NCBI GenBank assembly: GCA_964368085.1
Contig: CAYJBG010000001.1
Location: forward strand, 23,135 to 87,134
Direction of reading: 5' to 3'
DNA length: 64,000 bases
DNA from: an uncultured Acidiferrobacterales bacterium
GTDB lineage: Bacteria; Pseudomonadota; Gammaproteobacteria; Acidiferrobacterales; UBA6901
The translations under genes were made by a program, and so were the position numbers. Position 1 is the first letter of the stretch, and each line of letters starts with the position of its first letter. Below the pieces are notes generated by a model, which was not told the origin of the DNA, made no database searches, and saw only the letters and a list, made by a program, of their open reading frames with translations. Below are positions 40,101 to 47,700 of the stretch, piece after piece.

Positions 40101-41941
40101 TCTACGAGCCGGACGAGCAGAAGGCGGTCGAGGGAGGGAAGAGCTACTGCAAGTGGGGCAGTTTCGTCGATCAGTTCGCCGAATTCGACACGCTGTTCTT
40201 CGGCATCCCTCCGAGAGAAGCGCTCAACATGGATCCGCAAGAGCGTTTGTTCATGCAGGCCTCCTGGAGCGCACTGGAGAATTCTGGATATACGCGAAGC
40301 GCACTCAAACGCAAGTTCAAGGGCAAAGTGGGCGTTTTCGCCGGCATCACCAGGACCGGCTACAACCTTTATAGGAACACCGCCCAGAGCGACGACAAAT
40401 TCTGGCCGCGTACCTCGTTCAGTTCCGTCGCGAATCGTCTGTCATACTTCCTGGATATCAACGGGCCGAGCCTGCCTGTCGATACCATGTGCTCGTCCTC
40501 GTTGACGGCAATCCACGAAGCCTGCGAGCACATCCACAACGGCGACTGCGACCTCGCCTTCGCCGGTGGAGTCAATCTGTACCTTCATCCCACGAGCTAT
40601 GTGGACATGTCGTCCCAGCACATGCTGTCGAAGGACGGCGTGTGCAAAAGCTTCGGCGAAGGGGCAAACGGATTCGTGCCGGGAGAAGGCGTGGGCGTCG
40701 TGTTGCTGAAATCGCTGGATCGTGCCGTGGATGACAATGACGTCATTCATGGCGTGATCCTGGCCACACATGTCAACCACGGCGGGAAGACCAACGGCTT
40801 TACCGTGCCCAACCCTGTCGCGCAAGCCGAGCTCGTCCGTATCGCTATCGAAAAGGCCGGCATAAGCGCGCGCGACATCAGTTACATCGAGGCGCACGGG
40901 ACCGGAACGGAGCTCGGCGATCCGATTGAAATAGCAGGCTTGCAGCAGGCTTTCGCCAAGGACACCCAGGATAAGGGGTTCTGCAGGATCGGCTCGGCGA
41001 AATCGAATCTCGGGCATCTGGAGGCGGCCGCAGGGATAGCAGCATTGACCAAGGTGCTGCTGCAGTTGAGGCACCAGCAGATCGTTCCGTCCCTGCATGC
41101 TTCAGCAGTGAATCCTCACATCAAGTTCGACAAGACGCCATTCGAAGTGAACCAGGCGCTTGTCCCCTGGGAGCAGCCCGTCGTCGAGGGGAAGGTCAAG
41201 CCCAGGATCGCCGGCATATCCTCCTTCGGCGCTGGCGGCGCGAACGCGCACGTGATCGTGCAGGAATATCAGCCGGTCGCCCAAAGGGCGCAGTCCGCCG
41301 CGTACGGTCCGGATCACCCCATGATCGTCCCCTTGTCCGCGAAGACCAGCGAGCAACTCCAGCAGAAGGCGAGCGATCTGCTCGATTTCCTGGGGATTTC
41401 CCACGGCAGCGTCGATCTCGGAGCGATCGCCTATACCCTGCAGATCGGACGGGAGCCCATGGAAATGCGGGTCGGCTTTGTGGTGGATTCCGTCGAGCAG
41501 CTCACGAAAAATCTGAGCGCATATGTTTATGGCAAGGACGATATCGAAGGCGCATACCGCGGCCAGGTCCAGCGCAACAACGATGGGCTGAGTCTCTTCA
41601 CCCAGGACGAGGATATGAGCGAGGCGATCGACAAGTGGATCGCCCGGAAGAAATATTCGAAGCTCCTGGAGCTGTGGGTCAAAGGCCTGGATTTCGACTG
41701 GAATAGGCTGTACGGCGAAGCGAAGCAGCAGCGCATTCAATTGCCGACCTATCCCTTCGCGAAGGACAAATTCTGGCTGGACAGCACGGCCATGAGCCGT
41801 CCCGCGAGCGGCGAAACGAAGATCGAGCGCAAGCCGGCGACGCCCGCCAATTTGCAAACGATCGAAGACATCATCAACAAAATCGACGAAGCCTCCATCG
41901 AGGCGACTCAGGGCGTTCGGCTGCTGAAAAAGCTCGTTTGA
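26459..41941 (+). CDS. Trans-AT polyketide synthase 2 (5160 aa): KR-ACP / KS-DH*-ECHx3-ACP-ACP / KS-DH*-KR-cMT-ACP / KS
   Basis: Uninterrupted 15.5-kb ORF. The N-terminal docking-like helix MKQKLTKIYSELSAGKLSQQEALERIKALK is followed by a KR-ACP that completes the split module begun in PKS1. It has three KS domains. The C-terminal tail is ANLQTIEDIINKIDEASIEATQGVRLLKKLV. Confidence 0.97.
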   Translation: MKQKLTKIYSELSAGKLSQQEALERIKALKLPEPNKPIGTLLATPVWEPSAPPASPKDAATTWTQHHIIVCDLPQIAMAELESLIPKSRCATVQTAQSGKVSEAYAGVALACFETIRRILKGKSQGHSFVQLVVAERDDTQMFAGLSGLVETATLENPGVMGQIVFVRSDIQCVDLARCLQIERNNPRDRVVRYTGDERQSRRWRLIHEVSILTEERCAFKEHGIYLITGGLGGLGILLAKEILHRTSGAKIVLSGRAAAADAKLAALESLQKTGRVEYRQVDVTGTGEVERLLSSIAKEYGQLNGIVHSAGIVRDAFILKKSSAQFRDVLQPKVAGTEHLDLASQAMELDFFVLFSSIASWAGNVGQADYAAANGFMEQFAGYRNALVAAGQRMGKTLAIAWPHWLEGGMNIDATGMALLEKRTGLRSLKTTEGMQALHHCLALPQSHVMVMRGDTADMRRALEAQRTARPETSPVAKHGAGADATGTGDLFGKTRAFLRKEFSAVLKIPVHKIETRAPLENYGIDSILAMNLTGQLEATFGALAKTLFFEYQTIDELADYFVHSHADKLNDLLATAPANIAKAAQAQPATVASPALQGQRAGRRNRQRYPSAPASAQAPPPANEPIAIVGLSGRYPESRDIEEFWRNLRDGKDCIVEVPKERWDWRQYYSEDRTKEGAHYSKWGGFIEGVDEFDPRFFNIAPREARTIDPQERLFLQYAWMAIEDAGYTRASLQIPNASGQAGQVGVYAGVMYGEYNLSGSLASIANRVSYFLNLHGPSLTLDTMCSSSLTAIHLACQDLRLGRTSLALAGGVNVSIHPNKYTMLSGGQFISNDGHCQSFGEGGGGYIPGEGVGVAVLKRLSDAERDGNHIYGVIRGSALNHGGKTNGYTVPNPQAQAEVIRRALVEARIDPRHVSYIEAHGTGTKLGDPIEIAALTKAFYEGAQLSAREVEFCLIGSAKSNIGHCESAAGIAGVTKVLLQMKHASIVPSLHSKKLNPHIDFKTTPFVVNQTLQSWEQPELDGQLKPRIAGISSFGAGGSNAHLIIEEYRTPEQPIATMHVQLVVPLSARTAEQLEQRVRDLLAFIERSERPIDLRAMAYTLQVGREAMEERAAFLAISIEDLTAKLKSFLKGDDAGGDVHRAQVKQHREALALLAADADFQNSIEQWIEDRKLPKLVELWVKGMELDWSRLIDAGSVPRLMSLPTYPFARERYWVEPPAMAAVATVQQTTVLHPLVHANTSNLLQQSYASRFAGSESFLDEGPMAGQKALPPLLVLEMIRAAVELASPQRSESGQWELRDTVWGEPLLISSERTVGIALFPRANDTVDVEIYSGTGTVDGADDCVHCQSHAVFSRLPAPARVDIARLKDAMRAQPDALHAVYLDDGQALAQVRLPTRSDKDRAEYTLHPDLLKQFAQLLDRVAGASLSPTSLECLRFVFACPENTVVWLRYSSSAAVDIDVCDEQGNVCVQMSGLCCESVAQAAMIVAADVRATVAPVLVDAAVMVEPAPATTPTQPLAQAAGPREIVLTPVTTHEPETQFEPVSKKPTGVRLLASAEVPSSPVAAKATVALSVLSAKPWSSTFTKEASRPVRLFELGAGVFSIEMETTSFEAVIEPLLQGLNRARNETSLKVLLLIGRQANSWCGDRNASNAATERRLFSVVAVFPCPVIAVVQGDAVGAGLLLASVCDLMVCSEDGQYGYTDIASGIFPSAGEERFFRERLGDAVADDLLYRSTRCSGRRLNAKGWACRVVPSAQVEADAQRLAVDLSRKSQLALGLLKTHLGRHLSPLVDHLAAVDVLHAAPRAAEHAVDSALVLKLGADREAYDLQALITDLKLAFDHVGEALEYKSVVLTSVLGGFLPQIDEASDAATVAELKHLVRCCPVPLIAAFESNADGLAWLFGLFCDTVVYSNDGRYSASALWAAPSCAREAAALCTQRLGASFGQEVCLTEGSYSGADLRARMGALVAVDSDEVMPQALRLAAFWDAWPRATVVAWKLTQTAHLQRLLEALPDAQLLEDGSAVATDPTTVSAPTAIALRSTVISATAHPEGVVVVSMQERDAKNMFSEALVSGLKEAFAHIAQTPAYKAVVLTGYDSYFATGGTMETLLAIQQGQAQFTDEKVFQLPMDCLLPVVAAIQGHGIGGGWSFGMFADLVVLSEESRYLSPYMGYGFTPGAGSTLMFPEKIGYDLARETLLTAQEISGRELKERGVPLPVLPRRDVVAAAIGLATRMARQPRARLIGLKRLWTHALRQSREDSYRREVEMHERTFVRNAETLGTIQAKFSAETAQTQVTVAKVGQPASSIVGKLKAMLAQELFLKPEEIDEDTQFIDLGLDSITGVTWIRKINAHYGTDIEATKVYSHPTLKQLSQLVASEAVIENAPAPAAAIAQQAGTKGQAASAQVAGVSSSTERESLDSVITKLKAMLAKELLLRPDEIEETVQFIDMGLDSITGVTWMRKINEHYRTDIEATKVYSHPTLQEIGRLVQQEAEKAGTLAKPVPAQAAPPTGVRQPVPSARRALASWRRQARANARIAPQAEAAGGARPIAVIGIAGQFPQAKNLDEFWANLAEGRNCIDEVSDARWSLGDCFQAGTPTPGKTNSKWFGALDEYDLFDPLFFNISPTEAECMDPQQRMFLQTCWHSIENAGYSPQSLSGSQCGVFVGCGPSDYHQISREQQLSAQGFTGAASSILAARISYFLNLRGPCIAIETACSSSLVAIANACDSLNTGNSDLALAGGVYVMAGPAMHIMTSQAGMLSTDGRCYTFDQRANGFVPGEGVGVLMLKRLADAERDQDRILGVIEGWGVNQDGKTNGITAPNEESQTRLLQSVYKKFGIDPAGIQLIEAHGTGTKLGDPIEVAGLKAAFKPFTDKSGYCALGSVKSNIGHCLTAAGAAGFIKLILALKHRSLPPTINYERRNEHIQLDGSPFYINDTLKPWNVAQGEKRRAAISSFGFSGTNAHLAIAEHVPSVQVRPDVSIVAQDGKIIVPLSARTESQLRQKAQDLLAHIRRNPSLDLAELAYTLQVGRDAMGERLGFLVGSLDALAARLEAYVTGEGDVEGAYQGQVKRNKEELKLITQDDEMRATIVGKWLSEYKLSKLLDLWVKGLNLDWHLLYGEAKPQRIELPNYPFAKDRYWLDAGTTLPLLAPLSSHNSARDILHPLLHKNTSLLSQQRYRSNFSGKEFFFDMQIDGVKVLSPLSLLEMAHAAVAQATLDLAEPAMIELSRISWRKPLFVAGDTELEVVIDLFANEDESVSFEIYTTATNSAGESELTVHVQGVACFIERISSGRVDIAGLRKQSFAERFDTPAFYAGLKRAGVDYGNALQGLQAIHLGHNQLLAHIGLPGALDSYGKDYALHPSLLEGAVQACMVFVSDANELSAQALSPVSIDSLTVVADCERACEAEMFAWIRYSDRVDDDVSDGDVHSRKLDVDIVDAQGDCRVAIRGLVLGLATVSEVAAALPETAMTTPLWDVIKDFDDAADPVAGKRILVIGANDEQRSALERHYRESTTAFVNIFEADTVADISGKLEGVEFDKLVWIASAHDVETLTEESIVEDQNRGILQVLRIMRSLTELGYEKRTLEWDLITINSLPVRKSDIVNPTHAGLQGFSGSMAEMYPRWKIRLFDLQEMSEAIVAGMRRLPFRVKNACYALRGNEWFCQKLIPVKELAQRKSLYRFQGVYVVIGGSGGLGEIWTRHVIERHQANVIWIGRRKLNDEIQRKIDSLSVFGKTPEYLQADASNLQELQVAYERIKEKYSTIHGIVHSAVGAFDQSLKTVSEDDFRSILSVKIDLSVRIAQVFNKEALDFVLFFSSSASFVRGAGMSGYSAGCAFKDAFALQLAKRWDCDIKVVNWGYWSVGAGDAMTDAMKAYFYETGYRPLDPEEGMKALDQFLASGFDQMSIGKNLRPTAEHLDIDDEWMASYDDESGRVGAQLNQLDIDGMGLSPKFHDIKNKAGKEMEDLLSRLLRGILDATPNILRSYDRWLMESKKIVAPYVRSEDAGSSETLERLWGEWGAAMKVWLQDGGKKALCLLVDKSVRALPDILTGKQKATDVIFPKSSLELVENVYKTDTIGLAYNESLSDTLMTAVRARLKAEPDAQIRLLEIGAGTGATTVGIIEKLEPYQSRIAEYCYTDLSKAFLFHAENVYAPRAPYLRTQIFNVEQPIAQQNIEAGRYDFVIAANVLHATKNIRNTLRNAKAVLRKNGMLLLNEISDKSICGHVTFGLLDGWWLNEDDEIRIPGSPGLYPEAWKNVLEEEGFHSVLFPCKDVHAVGQQIVVAFSDGVVRQRQSAVSKQPAAKTKLVESRKVIAPTNRILVKGTPAKVAAIASASAIAGQASRPHTPTAQSGSRDRLYTDELLREKTVQFCKQLIGKALKISSHQIDAAEPLESYGIDSIIVGLVNQQLLKYFSDVSATLLYEFQTVDALSDHLARTRRAELERLFELDRSAPDTPPPIAAAKPTDATRRGGARMPLRARVQHSAEPARPSDSGRKAIAIIGISGLYPLASSLEEFWENLKSGKNCITEIPENRWSLNGFYEPDEQKAVEGGKSYCKWGSFVDQFAEFDTLFFGIPPREALNMDPQERLFMQASWSALENSGYTRSALKRKFKGKVGVFAGITRTGYNLYRNTAQSDDKFWPRTSFSSVANRLSYFLDINGPSLPVDTMCSSSLTAIHEACEHIHNGDCDLAFAGGVNLYLHPTSYVDMSSQHMLSKDGVCKSFGEGANGFVPGEGVGVVLLKSLDRAVDDNDVIHGVILATHVNHGGKTNGFTVPNPVAQAELVRIAIEKAGISARDISYIEAHGTGTELGDPIEIAGLQQAFAKDTQDKGFCRIGSAKSNLGHLEAAAGIAALTKVLLQLRHQQIVPSLHASAVNPHIKFDKTPFEVNQALVPWEQPVVEGKVKPRIAGISSFGAGGANAHVIVQEYQPVAQRAQSAAYGPDHPMIVPLSAKTSEQLQQKASDLLDFLGISHGSVDLGAIAYTLQIGREPMEMRVGFVVDSVEQLTKNLSAYVYGKDDIEGAYRGQVQRNNDGLSLFTQDEDMSEAIDKWIARKKYSKLLELWVKGLDFDWNRLYGEAKQQRIQLPTYPFAKDKFWLDSTAMSRPASGETKIERKPATPANLQTIEDIINKIDEASIEATQGVRLLKKLV
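31240..33335 (+). other. In-line triple crotonase-fold array 2 (ECHa' 31240-31850, ECHb' 31912-32500, ECHc' 32578-33335)
   Basis: Same a/b/c order as array 1. ECHa': GVFSIEME...PVIAVVQGDAVGAGL. ECHb': SVVLTSVLGGFLPQ...PLIAAFESNADGLAW. ECHc': AVVLTGYDSYFATGGT...AAIQGHGIGGGW...EVEMHERTF. Confidence 0.8.
33383..33945 (+). repeat. Tandem ACP-coding direct repeat (period ~339 nt)
   Basis: KLKAMLAQELFLKPEEIDEDTQFIDLGLDSITGVTWIRKINAHYGTDIEATKVYSHPTL recurs as KLKAMLAKELLLRPDEIEETVQFIDMGLDSITGVTWMRKINEHYRTDIEATKVYSHPTL. Confidence 0.9.
34111..39800 (+). other. PKS module 6: KS6-DH*6-KR6-cMT-ACP6
   Basis: KS6 ~34111-35383 (TACSSS, Cys 34616; GWGVNQDGKTNGITAPN). DH*6 ~35958-36845 (FFFDMQIDGVKVLSP, with Met codon 36047 in the His position; HPSLLEGAVQ has Glu for Asp). 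KR6 ~36880-38220 (GVYVVIGGSGGLG ~37525). cMT ~38340-39360 (LLEIGAGTGATT ~38797). ACP6 ~39566-39800 (GIDSIIVGL). Confidence 0.8.
38340..39360 (+). other. C-methyltransferase domain (class I SAM-dependent) of module 6
   Basis: IRLLEIGAGTGATTVGIIEKL (motif I), YDFVIAANVLHAT, and LRKNGMLLLNE. It sits between KR6 and ACP6, as in trans-AT KR-MT-ACP modules. Confidence 0.85.
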
Positions 41942-44700
41942 GATTACAGCGGCGCAACGATCAGATGTCCCTTTTAATTCAAACGAGAGTGCCTGCTTGC
42001 AATGCGCAAGCGGGCACTCCCGCAAGAAAGAATGAATACCATGATTGACTTCATCGAATACGTCGTTTCAGAACTGAAGGGCAGAAGGCTGTCCAAAGAA
42101 AACGTTCTGAATCTGATTAGGCAGTTCTCCGGAAATTCGGCGTCTTCCGGTAAGTCGTCGGTCATACATCCGCTGCTGCAACGGAATATCTCGGATATCC
42201 ACCAGCAGCGCTATCGCTCTTCGTTCGACGGCGACGAGTTCTTCCTGAGCGATCATCAAGTCGTTGCCGACGGGGGCGATCTGCTCAGCGTGCTGCCGGG
42301 CGTCGCCTACCTGGAAATGGCCATGGTCGCGGTAGCGGACGCCTTGCCCGACGTCTCTAGCGCAGAGCGGGTTCAGCTCAAGGACGTCGTCTGGATCAAG
42401 CCCTTCGTGGTGGCCGAACGAAAGGAGCTGTTCATCGCCCTGTCCGCCGCCGGCTCGGACATGATCACGATCGAGTTCGAGGTTTTCAGCGAGGAGTTTG
42501 TAGATGAAGGGCAGGTGGACGAAGTAGTCCATTGCCGTGGCACGGCTACGTTCGGCCACTGCGAAACGCCCGAACGGCTGGATATCGAATCGCTCGAAAA
42601 GCGCGCGGCCTCCGGACAGATCAACGCGAGCGCCGTCTATCCGGCCTATCTCAAAATGGGCATGAAATTCGGACCCGCGCACCAAGCGGTCAGCCGGGTC
42701 TTCCGGGGGGAAAGAGAGGTCGTCGCGCGGCTGGCCCTGCCTTCCGCGGTCAGCGGCACATTGGAAGAGTACGCGCTTCATCCCAGTCTGATGGACGGTG
42801 CACTGCAGGCCGCGATAGGCTTGCTGGGCGACCTGCAACAATTGCCCGGCCGGCCGTCCTTGCCGTTCGCGTTGGAGTCTTTACGCGCGTTTTCCGGTTG
42901 CAAGCAGGACATGGTCGCATGGATTAGGCATGCGAAAGACTCCAGCCCTCACGACAAGGTCACCAAGCTTGACATCGATCTCTGCGACGATGAGGGGAAC
43001 ATCTGCGTTCAGCTCAGGGGATTTTCTTCGAGAACCCTGAGCGCCAGCCCCGACATCCGCAAGCGGCCGCTGTCCGAAAAAATCGGCCAACAGGTCGGTC
43101 TTATACTCGCAAACCCCGTTTGGAAGCGCAGCGAGATCGAGAATGCGGGCGCGGCAAGCGCCGCACAGCATCACGTCCCTCAGCACCACGTTCTCTTCTG
43201 CGACCTGCCGGGCGTATCCGCCGCACGGGTTCAGGAGCTGATGCCGAACATTCGCGTCCACCAAGTGTCGGCGAAATCCGCTGGCATGGCGGAACGTTTT
43301 CTCGAAACAGCTCTGAGCTGTTTCGAAACGGTACGCAAGATCATCAAAGCCAAGACTGAAGTGGGCGCTCGGTCAGGTGCTTTCATCCATATAGCGGTCC
43401 CCGATGAGCTCGACGCGAACCTGCTGATCGGGCTGTCCGGTCTGTTGAAATCGGCCGCGCTGGAAAACCCGGACGTCCAGGGGCAACTTCTGCTTGTCGA
43501 TGGGCGCGTCGCATCGGACGAGATGCTTTCCCGTCTTCGGGCCGAATCCGGGCAAGCAAAGGATGCGATAGTCCGATACCGGGAAGGCGTTCGCCAGGTG
43601 CTCGCCTTGCAGGAGTTTCACGCAAGCTCCGCCACACCTGAGATCGCGTTCAAAGAAGGCGGCGTTTATCTCGTCACGGGCGGGCTCGGTGGATTGGGCA
43701 CGCTGTTCGCCAAAGAAATCCTGCGGCAGACGGTCCATGCCAAAATCATCTTGACCGGCCGCGCCGAGCTGTCGGAAGGCGTGCGCGAAAAACTGAAAGC
43801 GTTGGCAGCTGAGGACGCCGCGGAGCGCCGAATAGAATACCGAGCCTTGGATCTGGCCAATCCGGACCAGGTCCGGCAGCTCGTCGCGGATATCGAAGCG
43901 AGGTATCGCCAGTTGAACGGGATCATCCACAGCGCGGGAATGATCGCCGACAACTTCATCGCGAAGAAGACCCCGGAAGAATTCGCGCAAGTGCTCGCGC
44001 CCAAGGTCTTCGGCGCGGTCAACCTCGACTCGGCGAGCCAGGACCTGGATCTGGATTTTCTGGTGCTGTTCTCTTCTGGCGCCTCCATTATGGGTAACGT
44101 CGGTCAGTCGGATTACGCCGTCGCCAACGGGTTCCTAGATCAGTTTGCAGACTACAGGAACCGCTTGGTCGTGACCGGACAGCGCAAAGGCAAAACGCTC
44201 TCCATCAACTGGCCGCTTTGGCAGGACGGTGGCATGCATATGCCGCAGCACGATCAGGACGCCATGCGCGAAACCACCGGAATGCATCCGATGCAAACGC
44301 ATACGGGCATCCACGCATTCTATCGGTGCCTAGAAGCGCAGCAGCAAACCGTGGTGATCGAGGGCCAACTGGAGAAAATAAGACACATACTGTTCGACGG
44401 GCACAAAGCCCCGTCCGAAAGCGCCCCGCAGGAATCCACCCCTGCGATCGGCGGTGCCGTCGAGAAGCCGCTCGGGGATCTGTCGGAGCAAACGCGGGAT
44501 TACCTGCGGAAACAATTCGCGGATCTGTTCAAGCTGCCTTACAGCAAGGTCGATTCGAGAGCGCCGTTGGAAAAATACGGCATCGACTCGATCCTGGCCA
44601 TGGATCTGACCAGGCAGTTGGAGAAAACATTCGGCTCGCTATCCAAGACGCTGTTCTTCGAGCACCAAACGATCGATGAGCTGACCGACTACTTTTTGCG
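39967..44700 (+). other. PKS module 7 (split across PKS2/PKS3): KS7 | DH7-KR7-ACP7
   Basis: KS7 ~39967-41269 (TMCSSS, Cys 40490; NLGHLE) plus a flanking subdomain and docking tail to 41941. DH7 ~42161-43048 (LSDHQVVADGGDLLSVLPGVAYLEM; HPSLMDGALQ). KR7 ~43100-44400 (GVYLVTGGLGGLG ~43660). ACP7 ~44480-44700 (GIDSILAMDL). Confidence 0.85.
41987..42019 (+). promoter_or_regulatory. Intergenic RNA stem-loop between PKS2 and PKS3 (14-bp stem, 5-nt loop)
   Basis: GAGTGCCTGCTTGC-AATGC-GCAAGCGGGCACTC. There are 13 Watson-Crick pairs plus one G.U. No U-tract follows; the next sequence is ccgcaagaaagaATG, with the start at 42032. Confidence 0.6.
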
Positions 44701-47700
44701 TTCGCACCCCTCGAAACTGACATCGATCTTCAAGGTTCCGAACCAGGCCCATGCCCAGGTTCAGGTCGCGTCTTCCAAATCGCCGGCTGACGCGCCGTCA
44801 CCAGCGGCGCTACGACTAGCGCGTACGAGCGCGACGAGAAAGCTCCGGCGCGAACATGAGCCTGCCGCTGCCGCACCCATCTACAGCGCCCGCAATGACG
44901 AGCCTATCGCCATCGTCGGCTTGAGCGGCCGGTATCCTGAGTCTACGGATATCGAGGCCTTCTGGGAGAACCTGCGAGACGGCAAGGACTGCATCGTCGA
45001 AGTGCCGAAGGATCGGTGGGACTGGCGCGAGTATTACAGCGAAGACCGTACCACAGAGGGATGCCACTACAGTAAATGGGGCGGTTTCATCACCGGCGTC
45101 GACGAGTTCGATCCGCTGTTCTTCAACATCCCACCGGTCGACGCCGAGCTGATCGATCCGCAGGAGCGTCTGTTCCTGCAGCATGCCTGGATGGCTATTG
45201 AAGATGCGGGGCACACCCGCGCGAGCCTGAAGGTCGCGCACCAAGAGGGGCAGGCGGGCCAAGTCGGCGTATATGTCGGCGTAATGTACGGCGAGTATCA
45301 GTTGTTCGGCGCCGAATCCAGCCTGCAGGGAAAACGCATGGGAATTCCGCAGAGCTATGCCAGCATCGCCAACCGCGTGTCCTATTTCCTCAATCTGCAT
45401 GGTCCCAGCATGACACTGGACAGCATGTGTTCGTCCTCGCTGACGGCGATTCACCTGGCCTGCCAGGATCTGAAGCAGGGAAGGACTAATTTGGCGATCG
45501 CCGGTGGTGTCAATGTCACCATACATCCGAACAAGTATTTTATCCTCAGCGCCGGCCAATTCATTTCCAGCGACGGCCATTGCCAGAGCTTCGGCGAGGG
45601 CGGCGATGGTTACATTGCCGGGGAAGGGGTCGGCGCTGTCGTCCTCAAGCGATTGTCCGAAGCCGAAAAAGACGGCAATCACATCTACGGCGTCATCAAA
45701 GGCAGCGCGCTCAACCACGGCGGGAAAACGAACGGCTATTCAGTCCCCAATCCCAAAGCGCAGGCCAGCGTCATCGCTTTGGCATTGCAAGAATACGGCG
45801 TAGATGCCCGCCATGTGAGTTATATCGAGGCGCACGGTACGGGTACCAAGCTAGGCGATCCGATCGAGATCGCCGCGCTGACTCAGGTTTTCAGGGAGTA
45901 CACCAAAGAACGCCAGTTTTGCGCGATCGGTTCGGCGAAGTCCAACATCGGCCATTGCGAATCGGCCGCGGGCATCGCGGGGCTGACAAAAGTACTGCTG
46001 CAGATGAAGAACCGGATGATCGTGCCGTCGCTGCACTCTGCGGTACTCAATCCATATATCGATTTCGAAGCATCCCCGTTCGTCGTGAATCAGACGCTGC
46101 GGGCCTGGGACCAGCCGGAGGTCGATGGAAAACGTGTGCCCAGGATAGCGGGTATCTCGTCTTTCGGTGCGGGCGGTTCGAACGCCCACTTGATCGTGGA
46201 GGAATACCCGGTGTACGGCAGTGCGGGCAGTGCGTCGCCGTGTAACGAACTCGAAAGCCCACATGCGCGGGCCATCATTCCGCTTTCCGCCAGAACGAAC
46301 GGACAGCTGAAGCGGAAAGTAGAAGACCTGTTGGCGTTCATCAAAAGACATGAGTACGCCATCGATTTGCATTCCATGGCTTATACGCTCCAGGTGGGCC
46401 GAGAGGCCATGGATGTGCGGCTGGCGTTCGTGGTTGGCTCGATCGCGCAATTGGTGGAGAAGCTCGAATCGTATAGCCGCGACGAGCAGGGCATCGACCA
46501 GTGTTTTTACGCACAGGTCGAGCAAGATAAGGACAGCATGTCCGTTCTCAGCCAAGACGATGACATGATGGAAGCGATCGATAAGTGGATCGCGCGCAAG
46601 AAACTGGCCAAGCTGGCTGATATATGGGTGAAAAGTCTGGACATCGACTGGCGCAAGCTCCATACCGATCGCAAACCTTCCCTGATCAGCCTACCGACGT
46701 ATCCGTTCGCGCGGGATCGGTATTGGGTGACCCGTGCCGTCGGCCGGAGCGCGACGTCCAGGCCGGGCGCGCCTGTTCTGCATCCCCTGTTGCACACCAA
46801 CACGTCCGACTTCTTCCAGCAAAGCTACTCTTCGGAATTCACCGGCGACGAGTCCTTCCTGGCCGATCATCAGATCGGCGCCGACGGCGGCGGAAAGCAG
46901 AAGATTCTTCCCGGCGTCGCCTACCTGGAAATGGTCAGAGCGGCCGTCGACCTGGCCTTGCCTGTTCGCTCCGGAACCCGGCGGCTGGAGATCAGGAACG
47001 TCGCGTGGGTGCAACCGCTCACGGTGGACGGCAAAAAGCGCGTGTCCATCACGCTGTCGCCGAATGGCGAAGGCATCGTCGATTTCGAAGTGCAGACCTC
47101 AGAAGACGATGCGCAAGATCAACTTATCCATTGCCAGGGGCAAGTCGAGGTTTCGAGCGCAGCGCGCCCGAATCCGCTGGATATCGATGCGCTCAAGGCG
47201 CGAATGACGCACGGCACGATGGCCCCGGATGGGATCTACGACGCCTTCAGGGCCATGGGCATCCATTATGGGCCATCGTTCCGATGCGTCGCGACGATAC
47301 ACCGAGGGCACGACCAATTGCTCGCCGAGCTGAACCTGCCGGGCGGATTGGACCAGAATAATAACGACTACTATATACTGCATCCCGGCCTGCTCGACAG
47401 TGCCTTGCAGGCCTCTATCGGGCTCGTCGCAGATCTCGATAGTCTGCCGAACCAACCGTCCGTTCCGTTCGCGTTGGATTCGATCGTCCTGGTCGCTCCC
47501 TGTGCGTCGCGCATGTTCGCCTGGGTACGTCAGGCAGAAGGCGGTCAGCCCGGGAACGGCATCGGAAAGGTCGATATCGATTTGTGCGACCAGGACGGCA
47601 ATCTTTGCGCCCTCCTGACAGGTCTGGCATCGCGTACAATGCATACCCGGGCGGACCAGGATAGCATCGGTCTGTTGCTCGCCTGCCCGAGCTGGGAAGA

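Noticed and set aside
42002-42031. Track start of PKS3 at ATG 42002
   Set aside because: This ATG lies in the loop of the 41987-42019 hairpin. ATG 42032 follows a purine-rich RBS, and the docking-like helix begins right after it. The difference is only 10 codons.
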